A stretch of 64,000 bases of DNA from an uncultured delta proteobacterium (GTDB lineage Bacteria; Desulfobacterota; Desulfobacteria; Desulfobacterales; QNYZ01): NCBI GenBank assembly GCA_963845145.1, contig CAWJQU010000005.1, positions 992,001 through 1,056,000 on the forward strand. The letters run 5' to 3'. The position numbers and the translations under genes are program-made. Below the pieces are notes generated by a model. The model did no database searches, had not been told where the DNA came from, and saw only the letters and a list, made by a program, of their open reading frames with translations. The first letter of the stretch is position 1; each line of letters starts with the position of its first letter. Positions 51,994 to 62,075 of this stretch are shown here, one piece after another.

Positions 51994-52106
51994 ACCATTT
52001 TAAGCAGTGGGGGGGTGCTAAAAAGAAACAAAATGGCCGGCTGCCCGATGGGAGAACGTGGAGTGAGTATCCCAGGGTGGCCTGAACGCATTGGTTGTAC
52101 CTCTTT

Positions 52107-52272
52107 GGGCTCGCGCAAAAATAATTTCACATTTTAAGCGCCGATGCATCCTGATGCATCCCGCCTGGCGATGTTGCGAAAGCTCGGAATATCTCGATAT
52201 TCCTGCACTTTCACGCCTTGCCAGGCGGGCGCCTCAACACCTAAAACTGTCAACTAATTTTTACACGAACCC
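52107..52272 (-). mobile_element. MITE-like element, copy 2
   Basis: Reverse complement of 18413-18577; abuts the stop of the upstream gene; AAA on both flanks. Confidence 0.8.
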
Positions 52273-52273
52273 T

Positions 52274-53044
52274 TTATTTTGTGTAGAATTCTTCCAGGCG
52301 TTTTTTAGTCTCGCTGAAATCACCCAAGTTAGAATAGGCATTAATCGTCTCGATGCGAAGGGCGTCCTCCAGCGTGCGTCCGGTAATATCTAAGATTGTC
52401 TCCTTGGCAGATCGAATGGCCGATTGGCTATTTTTCATAATCATGGAAGCGTATTGTTCGGCCGTCTCCATGAGTTGGTCATGGGGAACGACCTGGTTGA
52501 CCAATCGAAGCCGATATGCCTCTTCGGCCGATATCTCCCGGCCGGTGAGCGATAGATCCAAAGCGGTACCGATTCCGGCGATTGCAATCAGCCTGACGAT
52601 TCCGCCATCCCCCTGATGGATTCCATAGCGAACTTCGAACACCCCAAATTTGGCATTATCGGAAGCGATTCGGATGTCACACGCCAGGGCAAGTTCGAAA
52701 CCACCGCCTATCGCATACCCATTTATGGCCGCGATGATGGGCTTGGTGATGCGATGCTGTCCCCGTGTGATGCCGCCCCCGATTCCGGTGGAAACATTAT
52801 CGCGAACATCGCGCATGTTCGCGCCTTCCCATTTTGGAATAAACGTCTTTAAATCGGCCCCGGCACAAAAAGCTTTACCGGCACCTGTCACAATGGCCAC
52901 ATCCAGGGCGTCGTCCTGGGAGAAATCTTCCCAGACGGACCATAGTTCATCGTTGATCTGGCCATCTAAAGCATTGAGATCACCCGGGCGGTTTAGGGTA
53001 ATGTAGCCAATCCTGTTACGCTTTTCATACAGCACGTTTTCCAT
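52274..53044 (-). CDS. Enoyl-CoA hydratase/isomerase family
   Basis: AFCAGADL, GGGFELALACD, FE..G. Confidence 0.92.
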   Translation of the reverse strand: MENVLYEKRNRIGYITLNRPGDLNALDGQINDELWSVWEDFSQDDALDVAIVTGAGKAFCAGADLKTFIPKWEGANMRDVRDNVSTGIGGGITRGQHRITKPIIAAINGYAIGGGFELALACDIRIASDNAKFGVFEVRYGIHQGDGGIVRLIAIAGIGTALDLSLTGREISAEEAYRLRLVNQVVPHDQLMETAEQYASMIMKNSQSAIRSAKETILDITGRTLEDALRIETINAYSNLGDFSETKKRLEEFYTK

Positions 53045-53224
53045 TTTTATCTCCTTTCCTACAGGGTTTCGGGTGCCAGTATAAGGGTTGCACGATCATC
53101 TTGTAAGTGGCATATACGACAATAAATATGGCGATAACGCCAAACAGGTTTCTGGGTACTGATTTCATGTCTGATGATTGTTACAGATCGTCTTTGAAAT
53201 CGGCACCCCCCAGTGGAGGGGTTC

Positions 53225-54283
53225 ATGAAAAAAGTAACGATCCTGGCTTTTCAAAATGCCATGGCCACCACAATCATCGGCCCGATGGATATCCTGAACC
53301 AGGCCGGCCGGCTTTGGCAAAGTATCCATGATGAAAGCCCAACCCCCTTTTTCGAGGTGACCCTTGCCACTGCGGACGGACTGCCGGTAAAATGTGATAA
53401 TAACATTTTTATACAACCCCACTGTGCCATCAACACCATTGAAAAAACCGATTTGATCCTGATCGCAGCCGTCGCCAATATCGGGAAAACCGTTAAATAT
53501 TGCCCGGAAGTGATCCCCTGGATAAGAGGGCAATTTGAATGCGGGACGCATGTCGCCAGTATTTGCACCGGGGCCTTTTTGTTGGCGAAAACGGGTTTGC
53601 TAGACGGCAAATCAGCGACACTTCATTGGGGTTTTGCCAAATCGTTTCGGCGTATGTTCCCAACCATCGATTTGAAGTTGGAACGCATCCTTATCGACCA
53701 TGGTAAAATCTACTGTTCGGCCGGGACAAATGCCGGTTTAGACCTAGCTTTGTATCTAGTGGAAAAATTCTGCGGCCGACAGGTGGCCGTCCAGTGCGCC
53801 AAGGCCATGGTCTTTAATATGGGGCGCAATTTACAAACGCCCTATGCCGATTTTCTTTTTTCTAAAGACCATGGTGACGAGGATATTCTGGCCATACAAA
53901 AATGGTTGGAGGAAAACCACGCGCATCCCATGGAATATGATCGTCTGGCCCGGAATAACGGAATGAGCCGGCGATCTTTGGAGCGTCGTTTCAAACGGGC
54001 CACGGGTGTTACGCCTTTGGCGTATCTCCAACAATTACGGATAGAGTCAGCCAAACGTCTCATCGAATCCGGTACCTATTCTTTAAACGAGGTCGCTTAT
54101 GCCGTGGGGTATGAAGATTTATCCTTTTTTAGAAAACTGTTTGTACGATTAGCAGGCATTCCGCCCAAAGAATATTGGCAACGGTTTATAGGGTATCCTA
54201 TTAACCGGATTGACCAGATTGGCCGGATTGATCGGATCGATCGGAAAAATATGAAGACGGACGCACTTGAACGGCCAGCCTAA
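53225..54283 (+). CDS. GlxA-family AraC regulator (DJ-1/PfpI + HTH)
   Basis: SICTGAFLLA..GLLDG, MSRRSLERRF, VGYED. Confidence 0.92.
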   Translation: MKKVTILAFQNAMATTIIGPMDILNQAGRLWQSIHDESPTPFFEVTLATADGLPVKCDNNIFIQPHCAINTIEKTDLILIAAVANIGKTVKYCPEVIPWIRGQFECGTHVASICTGAFLLAKTGLLDGKSATLHWGFAKSFRRMFPTIDLKLERILIDHGKIYCSAGTNAGLDLALYLVEKFCGRQVAVQCAKAMVFNMGRNLQTPYADFLFSKDHGDEDILAIQKWLEENHAHPMEYDRLARNNGMSRRSLERRFKRATGVTPLAYLQQLRIESAKRLIESGTYSLNEVAYAVGYEDLSFFRKLFVRLAGIPPKEYWQRFIGYPINRIDQIGRIDRIDRKNMKTDALERPA

Positions 54284-54299
54284 GCCGGCTTATAACCTT

Positions 54300-54400
54300 G
54301 ACGTTCAGCATCCCGGAACACGGTGCAAATCCGTATCGGTCCCGCCGCCTGCCTTTACCTGGGATATGTCTCTCACTTTTACAAGGAGCCGGAATTAGCA
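54300..54400 (+). ncRNA. Degenerate cobalamin riboswitch
   Basis: GGAACACGGTGCAAATCCGT..CGGTCCCGCCGC core and a downstream GAGCCGGAA B12-box-like segment. Confidence 0.5.
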
Positions 54401-54568
54401 ATGGTCGGCTGGCTTCCGATGTTGGACCTAAATGATTTGATTTAGCATGACCAATGGAATAATCGGGATGGAGCTTAGCTATAGAAAGTGATAGACGGTG
54501 AAAAACGGATAATACCGTGATCATAAACAGCGGATTTTTTTAAGGACCATGATTTTAAGGACCAGGAG

Positions 54569-54826
54569 ATGACGATTATAAAGGCGTCAACGCGTTGGTA
54601 TATCAATGTTGTTTCGTTTGTCCTTTTTATTGTGTTAAGCGTAACGGGTTCTCTCAATTGGCTCGTGTTGCCTCGCGGTTTTGAAGCCCGGAATCATTTT
54701 TTGGTTTCGGTGAGACATTTTTTAATAGCGATACATGAATGGACAGGGCTTTTATTTATCGGTATGATCATTCTGCATCTTTTTTTGCACTGGGGATATA
54801 TTAAGTCCCAATTTAGAATGAAATAA
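54569..54826 (+). CDS. DUF4405-like small membrane protein
   Basis: Two TMs; IHEW.G and ILHLFLHW.YI. Confidence 0.75.
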   Translation: MTIIKASTRWYINVVSFVLFIVLSVTGSLNWLVLPRGFEARNHFLVSVRHFLIAIHEWTGLLFIGMIILHLFLHWGYIKSQFRMK

Positions 54827-54843
54827 TTGGGAGTCATCTGCCG

Positions 54844-55740
54844 TTGACGAAAATAAAATCAATAGGAAATGCTAAGTCGATCACCGTCGTCGGGTTGTTC
54901 GTCAACATCCTTCTGGTCGCTGTGAAGTATACGGCCGGCGTGATCGGCCATAGCCAAGCATTAATCGCTGATGCCGTGCATTCGGTGTCCGATCTGTTTA
55001 GCGATGTGGTGGTACTGATCGGGCTTCGGGGGGGGCGCAAGCCGCCGGATGATCAGCATCCTTTCGGGCACGGGCGTATTGAAACCTTGTCCGCGGCCAC
55101 CGTGGGCCTGATTCTCATCGCCACGGCCTTGTATCTGGGGATAGAGGCGGCTCGCAACATCTATTATCAAAACGAGTACCACCCGACGATGTTGGCATTG
55201 GCCGGCGCCGGGTTGTCCATAGCCTTAAAAGAGACGCTTTACCATTATACTTTGCGGGCCGGGCGGCGTATTAACAGCCAGCTTATCGTGGCCAATGCCT
55301 GGCATCACCGGTCGGACGCCCTCTCTTCCGTGGCTGTTTTCGTAGGGGTGGCGTGTGCCCGCATTAAGCCGGAATGGCATATGATGGACGCGTTTGCGGC
55401 CCTGTTGGTGTCGTTTTTTATCGTTAAAGTCGGCCTGGAAATTCTAAGCAAAACCTTTCAAGAACTGACCGACGCCGCCCCTAAGCCTAAAATATTAAAC
55501 CAAATAAAACGGTGTGCGTTGGGCGTGGACGGGACGCTGGATGTGCATGATCTCAGGGTGCGAACATCAGGGGGGCGGTATCAAATTGAAATTCATGTGG
55601 TCGTCGATGCCCTGTGGACAGTGGCCGAGGGGCATCGTGTGGCCAAAGAAGTCGAAACATGCCTCCTTGGCGATATTGACGATTTAGACAAGGTGATTGT
55701 CCATATTGATCCTGAGGAAGATCAAAAAGAAATAACGTGA
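54844..55740 (+). CDS. Cation diffusion facilitator (FieF-like)
   Basis: SQALIADAVHS, HPFGHGRIE, WHHRSD, VHIDP. Confidence 0.93.
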   Translation: MTKIKSIGNAKSITVVGLFVNILLVAVKYTAGVIGHSQALIADAVHSVSDLFSDVVVLIGLRGGRKPPDDQHPFGHGRIETLSAATVGLILIATALYLGIEAARNIYYQNEYHPTMLALAGAGLSIALKETLYHYTLRAGRRINSQLIVANAWHHRSDALSSVAVFVGVACARIKPEWHMMDAFAALLVSFFIVKVGLEILSKTFQELTDAAPKPKILNQIKRCALGVDGTLDVHDLRVRTSGGRYQIEIHVVVDALWTVAEGHRVAKEVETCLLGDIDDLDKVIVHIDPEEDQKEIT

Positions 55741-55747
55741 TGTAAAT

Positions 55748-56155
55748 ATGAGAGTATTATTTTGGTATTGTGACCAATTTGGATGGAATCCGTCTATGAA
55801 AACTTTGGCGGATGCACCCGATGCTGTTGCAGATTCTCATGGAAATGCCGTGGTGGCATTTATTCACGTGGAACCTGAAGATGCAGAAGAGGCCAGCTCG
55901 GCCGAAACCAAATTGGTTAAAAATGCCAAATGGCTGGCCCGAAAGTGGGTGACTAAAGATATTGTTCTGCACTCATTTACCCATCTGGGCGAACACAAAG
56001 CCGACCCCGAAATTGCAAAAGCTTTGTTCGACAGGGCCCAAAACCGGCTGGAAGCAGCCGGTTATCGAGCTGTCCAAACCCCGTACGGTTACTTCAACGA
56101 TCTGACCATTCAAGCCCAGGGCCATCCCCTGGCTCGAATTTATAAAGCTTTTTAA
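55748..56155 (+). CDS. Free-standing archaeal-type threonyl-tRNA synthetase editing domain protein
   Basis: MRVL.., AFIHVE, HSFTHL, TPYGYF, GHPLA match the archaeal ThrRS N-terminal (DTD-like) domain. Confidence 0.82.
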   Translation: MRVLFWYCDQFGWNPSMKTLADAPDAVADSHGNAVVAFIHVEPEDAEEASSAETKLVKNAKWLARKWVTKDIVLHSFTHLGEHKADPEIAKALFDRAQNRLEAAGYRAVQTPYGYFNDLTIQAQGHPLARIYKAF

Positions 56156-56351
56156 TTTTCATTCGGTTTAACCGCTTCATAGTGTTGCAGTATTAAAAAA
56201 GTAATCAGCACCCAATTGGGATAGGGTTCGAGTCAAAGGGTTAAGTGATGGTTTTGAACCCATGATACCACATCAAGTGTCGAAAGATGAGGGTCGCTTA
56301 ACATTTTCGCCTTCCAAGATAAACTTAGCTTAAGAATTCAGGGGAAAAGCC

Positions 56352-56996
56352 ATGGTACGTAATGTTCATTTGATTCTCACCATTTTTATTTGTTTGGCTA
56401 TACTTTTTTTTACAACATTTTCCTACGCTGAAGAAGAAATCGAAGATTTAATTGATATTGTAGAATCTGAAAACAAAATTATCGCGATTATCAAAGGGAT
56501 TAAGAAAAATTCCTTTGACCTTCGGGCTAATGAGAAGGTGCTTTGGAGTGGCTCACGAGGTTATTTAGGTGCATTTTTAACGAATCTAAATTTTTTCGTT
56601 ATATCCACAACATCAAATTCTTGGCGAGCCTTGCCTTTGAAGAAAAGTGAATTTGAACAGCGAGCTGCTTCAATATCGTCGTATATTGCTTTATTGGTAA
56701 CCAACGATCGGATTATCAGTTTTAATGCCAAGTCCAATCGATTTATTGAAACTCGGCTTCCAATTCATGATGAGTTACTCGAAGCGGAGGCGGGAAAATA
56801 TGTTGCTGTGGTGATAACATCCAGCCGGGTATTTGGATTGACATTAGGAACGTCAACATTTAATGAAATACGCCTCCGCAATAAAGAAACCTTTGAATCG
56901 ATAAATATAACTGAAAGTAAGGCAGTTGTTCGCACTTCGGATCGTTTACTGACTTTTGAAGCCAAGGGTTCTACCTGGAGAGAACACAGACTTTAA
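56352..56996 (+). CDS. Secreted hypothetical protein with internal beta-repeats
   Basis: Signal peptide (SYA-E); repeated A.V.T..R...F units. Confidence 0.75.
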   Translation: MVRNVHLILTIFICLAILFFTTFSYAEEEIEDLIDIVESENKIIAIIKGIKKNSFDLRANEKVLWSGSRGYLGAFLTNLNFFVISTTSNSWRALPLKKSEFEQRAASISSYIALLVTNDRIISFNAKSNRFIETRLPIHDELLEAEAGKYVAVVITSSRVFGLTLGTSTFNEIRLRNKETFESINITESKAVVRTSDRLLTFEAKGSTWREHRL

Positions 56997-57212
56997 TAGT
57001 TTTTTAGCAGGTACAATTAATAAGCACTCGCATATTGGAATTCTGTTTTAACTAATAGATCACCATCTGAAACGCAATGGTTCAAGACCCTGATAACTCC
57101 AGCAATCATGTAAATATCAAGGTCATGAAAAACCACCGATGTGCGAAAATAATATATCTGTGTTTCGGTACACCGAACGCTCTGACTTAAGTTCGGATAT
57201 TATAGGAATAAT

Positions 57213-57542
57213 ATGAAGGCCAGGCAAAAACTCAGAAAAGGAATTATACTATTTTCATTTTTTCTATTTTCTGCAACTTTCTATTATCTGTCACCGGTAG
57301 TAATCATTCAATCTACTATAGCTGGTATTATAAATGGTAGCTTTATTATTTTCTTGCTTATGTTTGTAAGCTCTCTTGTTCTTGGCAGGGCATACTGTGG
57401 ATGGGTTTGTCCTGGTGCAGGATGTCAGGAGGCAATCTTTTCAGCAAGAAATAATAAAGTAACAAAGGGCGATTATGTTAAATGGATAATTTGGGTTCCG
57501 TGGATCTGTGCTATTGTTCTTTATATAAGCAGAAGGAGATAA
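57213..57542 (+). pseudogene. Truncated 4Fe-4S-binding membrane protein (NapH/MauN-like)
   Basis: GRAYCGWVCP motif but only 109 aa; ends in the RBS of the next gene; no ferredoxin domain. Confidence 0.6.
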
Positions 57543-57544
57543 AA

Positions 57545-58357
57545 ATGGAAGTTAAACAGGTAAAACTAATCTATTTTTCAGCTACGGGAACCACTCAAAA
57601 AGTATTGGAAGGTATTGCTAGAGGCATCTCTGTTAAAGATGTCGAGCATATCAATTTGACACTTCCGGAAGGAGCTCAACAAACAGTTTCACCCTTTTCA
57701 GGTGAACTTGTAATTATCGGCGCACCTGTTTACGGTGGTCGTCTGCCGGTTGATGCAATCAATCGATTCAAACAGCTAAAAGCAAACAAAACCTTAGCGA
57801 TTCTTATCGTTGTATATGGGAACCGGGAGTTTGAAGATGCATTGTTAGAATTTAAAAACCTTGCAATTGAGTTAGGCTTTAATCCGATTGCCGGTGGTGC
57901 ATTCATCGGAGAACACTCTTTTGCGACAAAGGATGTGCCCATCGCAAATGGACGTCCGGATAGTTTGGATATTCAAAAAGCAATGGATTTTGGGACAAAA
58001 ATTAAAGATAAAGTCACAGCCTTACAATCACCTGATGTCCAAATGGATTTGAAAATTCCCGGTAGATTTCCATATGAAGCCGGCGGGGCGCGATCTATGG
58101 CTGTTTCCCCAGTGACCAAAGAAGAAATATGCACAGTTTGTGGTACGTGTGCCGGTGTATGTCCAACTGCAGCCATTTCAATTAATGGGAGCGTGGCAAC
58201 TAAAATTAAGCTATGCATTCGCTGTTGTGCTTGTATTAAAAACTGTCCCGAAGGTGCAAGGGTTATGGAAAATAGCGGCTGGAAAAAGATTGCACTCTGG
58301 TTAAATGAAAATTGCAGTACTCGGAAAGAACCTCAAATTTTTGGGATAGACATGTAG
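57545..58357 (+). CDS. Flavodoxin-ferredoxin fusion (EFR1-like)
   Basis: YFSATGTT, PVYGGR, YGNR, CTVCGTCAGVCP, CIRCCACIKNCP. Confidence 0.88.
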   Translation: MEVKQVKLIYFSATGTTQKVLEGIARGISVKDVEHINLTLPEGAQQTVSPFSGELVIIGAPVYGGRLPVDAINRFKQLKANKTLAILIVVYGNREFEDALLEFKNLAIELGFNPIAGGAFIGEHSFATKDVPIANGRPDSLDIQKAMDFGTKIKDKVTALQSPDVQMDLKIPGRFPYEAGGARSMAVSPVTKEEICTVCGTCAGVCPTAAISINGSVATKIKLCIRCCACIKNCPEGARVMENSGWKKIALWLNENCSTRKEPQIFGIDM

Positions 58358-58366
58358 AGTTCAATT

Positions 58367-58483
58367 ATGTTGAAAATTTATACTCGAAGTGGAGACCAGG
58401 GAAAAACAAGCCGACTTGATAATATTAATGTTCTGTGTAATCCGATAAGGAGAGAGAATGTTCGAAACGTTAGAGAGGATTAA
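58367..58483 (+). pseudogene. N-terminal remnant of a PduO-type cob(I)alamin adenosyltransferase
   Basis: MLKIYTRSGDQGKTS matches the KIYTxTGDxGxT motif; similarity ends after about 15 codons. Confidence 0.65.
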
Positions 58484-59297
58484 CGAACGGCCTGAACCGT
58501 TCCAATTTTACACCGCCAGCGATTTATGGACGGATGAGCATACGTCCGCCCAGATGCTTTCGTGTCACCTCAATGATGACATAGATCTTTCGTCTCGAAA
58601 TACGCGGTTTATCAATCAATCTGTGGAATGGATCGCTTCCCGCTTCAACGTCGGGGCGGGAACGAAGATTGCCGACTTCGGTTGCGGACCAGGGTTGTAT
58701 GCCACAAGGCTGGCTAAAAGGAAAGCAGATGTAACCGGGATAGACTTCTCAAAAAGATCGATTCAGTACGCACAGGAAGTCGCAATAAGAGATGGGCTGT
58801 CTATCCACTATGTAAGTAAGAATTACCTGGATTTTGAAACGGATGACCGCTTCCATCTCATCCTGATGATCATGTGCGACTTCTGCGCCCTCAGTCCCCT
58901 CCAGAGAAAACAGATGCTGAGCAAGTTTTACACAATCCTGGAGCCGGGCGGTTCGGTTCTGCTCGATGTATACTCACTGACTGCCTTCGACCAGCGTGAA
59001 GAGGCAGCAACTTATGAAACAAATCTTCTTAATGGTTTCTGGTCGCCGAAAAAATATTATGGTTTTTTGAATACGATCAAATATGAGGAAGAAAAGGTAG
59101 TCCTTGACAAATATACGCTCATCGAAGCATCACGCACACGAACCGTCTATAACTGGCTACAATATTACAGTCCCGAAGCACTTGAGAGAGAGTTTGTGGA
59201 GGTCGGGTTTGACATTGATAAGTTTTATTCGGATGTGACGGGCTCACAGTTCGGCCCGGATACCACAGAATTAGCCCTTGTCGCCAAGAAGCTATAA
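58458..59297 (+). CDS. Class I SAM-dependent methyltransferase
   Basis: IADFGCGPG, VTGIDFS, LEPGG. Confidence 0.92.
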   Translation: MFETLERINERPEPFQFYTASDLWTDEHTSAQMLSCHLNDDIDLSSRNTRFINQSVEWIASRFNVGAGTKIADFGCGPGLYATRLAKRKADVTGIDFSKRSIQYAQEVAIRDGLSIHYVSKNYLDFETDDRFHLILMIMCDFCALSPLQRKQMLSKFYTILEPGGSVLLDVYSLTAFDQREEAATYETNLLNGFWSPKKYYGFLNTIKYEEEKVVLDKYTLIEASRTRTVYNWLQYYSPEALEREFVEVGFDIDKFYSDVTGSQFGPDTTELALVAKKL

Positions 59298-59385
59298 AAC
59301 AGTCAAAAATAACGTGGTTTGAGCGGCACCGCTCAAACGTTTACCGCTCCGGTGGTCTATGGAAAAATAAAAAAGGAGTCCCCCT

Positions 59386-60288
59386 ATGCAGTTGTTGAGC
59401 GAGTATTTGCGTCTCTCTCCCCAATCCATAGAAAAGCTTATTCTGTCCATCATCATTGCCGTGGTTCTTTCATTGGTCAAACTCCTGTTCAATTTCATCA
59501 TCAAAAACCGTATCTCAAATGTTAAGCGCGCATACTTCTGGCGCCGTGCTGTTTTGTATACCTATACCTTGCTGCTCATTTGTTTGCTCGGGCGGATATG
59601 GATGGAAGGCATCGAGTCGCTGGCAACGTTGTTCGGTCTCGCGAGCGCCGGCATTGCCATTGCCATGCATGACACCATTGCCAATATCGCCGGATGGTTG
59701 TTTATCGTGTCCAGAAAACCGTTTAAGGTGGGCGACCGCATTCAAATCGGTGATACCGCCGGAGACGTCGTTGACTTGAGAGTTTTCCAGTTCAGCATGG
59801 TGGAGATTGGCAACTGGGTCGATGCTGACCAGAGCACGGGTAGAATTGTCCATGTGCCCAACTCGAAGGTGCTCAGAGAGCCTTTAGCAAACTACCATAT
59901 CGGGTTCGAATACATCTGGACCGAAATTCCGGTGTTGATCACCTTTGAAAGCAATTGGCGAGAGGCGAAACGGCTGCTGCATCGTATTGCCAAAGACAAA
60001 GCAGAACATTTGGTGGAAGAAGCGAAGGAGCAAATCAGGAACGCGGCGGACAAATATTATATCTTCTATAACAAGTTAACGCCCATTGTCTATACCACGG
60101 TCAAAGACAGCGGTGTCCTGCTGACCATCCGATACCTTGTCAATCCGCGGAAAAGAAGGGTCATTGAAGAGCAAATATGGGAAGCAACCCTCGATGCATT
60201 TAATCGGCAAAACGATATCGAGTTGGCCTATCCCACAACGCGCTTCTACAACTTGGATCATCCGGCAGATACCCTGCCCGCACCTTAA
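59386..60288 (+). CDS. Mechanosensitive channel MscS family
   Basis: PFKVGDRIQIG..GDV, VPNS, YP. Confidence 0.92.
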   Translation: MQLLSEYLRLSPQSIEKLILSIIIAVVLSLVKLLFNFIIKNRISNVKRAYFWRRAVLYTYTLLLICLLGRIWMEGIESLATLFGLASAGIAIAMHDTIANIAGWLFIVSRKPFKVGDRIQIGDTAGDVVDLRVFQFSMVEIGNWVDADQSTGRIVHVPNSKVLREPLANYHIGFEYIWTEIPVLITFESNWREAKRLLHRIAKDKAEHLVEEAKEQIRNAADKYYIFYNKLTPIVYTTVKDSGVLLTIRYLVNPRKRRVIEEQIWEATLDAFNRQNDIELAYPTTRFYNLDHPADTLPAP

Positions 60289-60386
60289 TGTGGCGTTATC
60301 GACTGGTAGAGCTCAAACGTATCGGTAAAAATTCCGATTAATTTGGTAACAGGTTTTATCTCAATTTATCTCAACCCATAACAAAT

Positions 60387-60911
60387 ATGAACAAAAATCC
60401 AATCATACAACTTGCAGAACCCTACGACGCCTATGCTCTATCTAAACTGGCTGAAAAAACCTTTAGGGGTGCCTTCGCCAAACTGAATGATAGAGAGAAT
60501 TTTGAAAAGTATATTGCTCGTTCATTTACGGAAAATCAGATTCGATCAGAAATTCTTGATAGTGCTTCCACTTTTTTCATAGCCAGTTTGAATGATGAAT
60601 GGGTGGGGTACGCTAAACTAAACCAGGGCATTCCACCAGATTGCGTAAACCAAATCCCATCTATTGAACTTGCCCGACTCTATTCCATGCAAGAATATTT
60701 AGGTTGCGGTATAGGTCCAGCTTTGATGAAGGCTTGTATAAATTATGCCCGTGAAAAAGATTTTAAATCGATCTGGTTAAGCAGCTGGAAGAAAAACAGC
60801 AGAGGAAATGCATTTTACACCAAAATGCGGTTTCAAATTATCGGTAACGCAACTTTTGCTTTGGGATCCGATATCCAAGACGATTATATTTTTTCTAAAT
60901 CGTTAATTTAA
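60387..60911 (+). CDS. GNAT N-acetyltransferase (PaiA-like)
   Basis: ELARLY..LGCGIG, N.R..AFY.K..F. Confidence 0.88.
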   Translation: MNKNPIIQLAEPYDAYALSKLAEKTFRGAFAKLNDRENFEKYIARSFTENQIRSEILDSASTFFIASLNDEWVGYAKLNQGIPPDCVNQIPSIELARLYSMQEYLGCGIGPALMKACINYAREKDFKSIWLSSWKKNSRGNAFYTKMRFQIIGNATFALGSDIQDDYIFSKSLI

Positions 60912-61018
60912 TATAAAGAATCCGGTCAATGGGTAGAAAGATAGCCGAAATACCAAAAAAAATACATTTAAAATATCAGCTATAATATTAGAGCGAGACC
61001 TCAGAAAAAAGGGTAGAA

Positions 61019-61516
61019 GTGAAAGCGTTAAAAAGAGTATTTAATGTGTTCGTAGCCGGTGCACTCGGCGGCCTTACGAACAGTATTCTGGTGTGGTCGT
61101 TGGGCGTATTGGGGCTGACGCTAGCTTTGGGCTTTCGCATGGCACCGGAACTGTCCTTTGAGTGGTTGTTCAGGCGAGTTTTCGCCAGTGCGTTATGGGG
61201 GATCATTTTTCTAATCCCTATATATAAAAACGCCCCTGTAAAAAAAGGTGCGGCTCTCAGCATATTGCCATGGCTGTCAAGCGCCCTCTTAGTTTTTCCT
61301 ATGCGAATGGACGTCGGCTTATTTGGTTTGGGGTTCGGTATCGGTACACCCATATGGACTCTTTTCTTCGCGACCGTTTGGGGCATTACCGGAACCCTGT
61401 TTTTATCCAGGTACGCTCCAGGGTCTGTGCCGAACAATGCCCGACTCAATAAAGCGCATCCAAAGTTAAACCAGGCCAGACACAATAAAAGTGATAGAAA
61501 TCAGGAAACAAATTGA
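61019..61516 (+). CDS. Hypothetical membrane protein
   Basis: About 4 TM segments; GTG start. Confidence 0.7.
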   Translation: MKALKRVFNVFVAGALGGLTNSILVWSLGVLGLTLALGFRMAPELSFEWLFRRVFASALWGIIFLIPIYKNAPVKKGAALSILPWLSSALLVFPMRMDVGLFGLGFGIGTPIWTLFFATVWGITGTLFLSRYAPGSVPNNARLNKAHPKLNQARHNKSDRNQETN

Positions 61517-61684
61517 TCAAGCATGCGTTTGGATAGATTCTAATTGCAGATATGTTCAAAATACGCAGTTATTTGGACAAGGTGATATTTGCAGGATCTC
61601 AATCAATATACCTCAATCCGAAATAATTATGCGACATATTCATCGGATGCTGTGAAATCACCATCTATTTGAAATTACACCCGA

Positions 61685-61700
61685 CCACAATATATAGTGG
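61685..61700. promoter_or_regulatory. NrdR-box-like palindrome
   Basis: CCACAATATATAGTGG versus consensus acaCwAtATaTwGtgt. Confidence 0.45.
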
Positions 61701-62038
61701 TGCATAGGCTTAGCTTTCGATTCAGAGACTGGAGAGCTATTGTAGGTTGCGTTCCCCCCCCAATTTCTTCACGCTCAGGCAAACATTTGTAATTTTCCCA
61801 AATTGCAGTTTCCATTCACTAATCCCCACTTTTTCATGCACCTTAAAAAATTCGAAGCAGGCACGAAGTCCGAATAAAATCAGCAGCTAAATATATGATC
61901 AAGCAGATAAAGATTAGGCGTCCAGCCCTGTGCTTTACCATGATTCTTCCCGGACGATTTATTGTGCGCAAATGTGACAACGACGTTCTATCTTGATAAA
62001 TTAAAAAAATGGCCTTGACAGACCTTTGTTTTAATTAT

Positions 62039-62054
62039 ATTTGTAACTACAAAT
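62039..62054. promoter_or_regulatory. Candidate GntR operator
   Basis: ATTTGTA-AC-TACAAAT palindrome, flanked by TTAATTATATTT direct repeats, downstream of TTGACA. Confidence 0.5.
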
Positions 62055-62075
62055 TTAATTATATTTAAGGGCGGC

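Noticed and set aside
54569..61516. Integron cassette array (run of co-oriented accessory genes)
   Set aside because: No integrase and no recurring RYYYAAC...GTTRRRY attC structures in the spacers; the hairpin near 59317 is a single simple palindrome.
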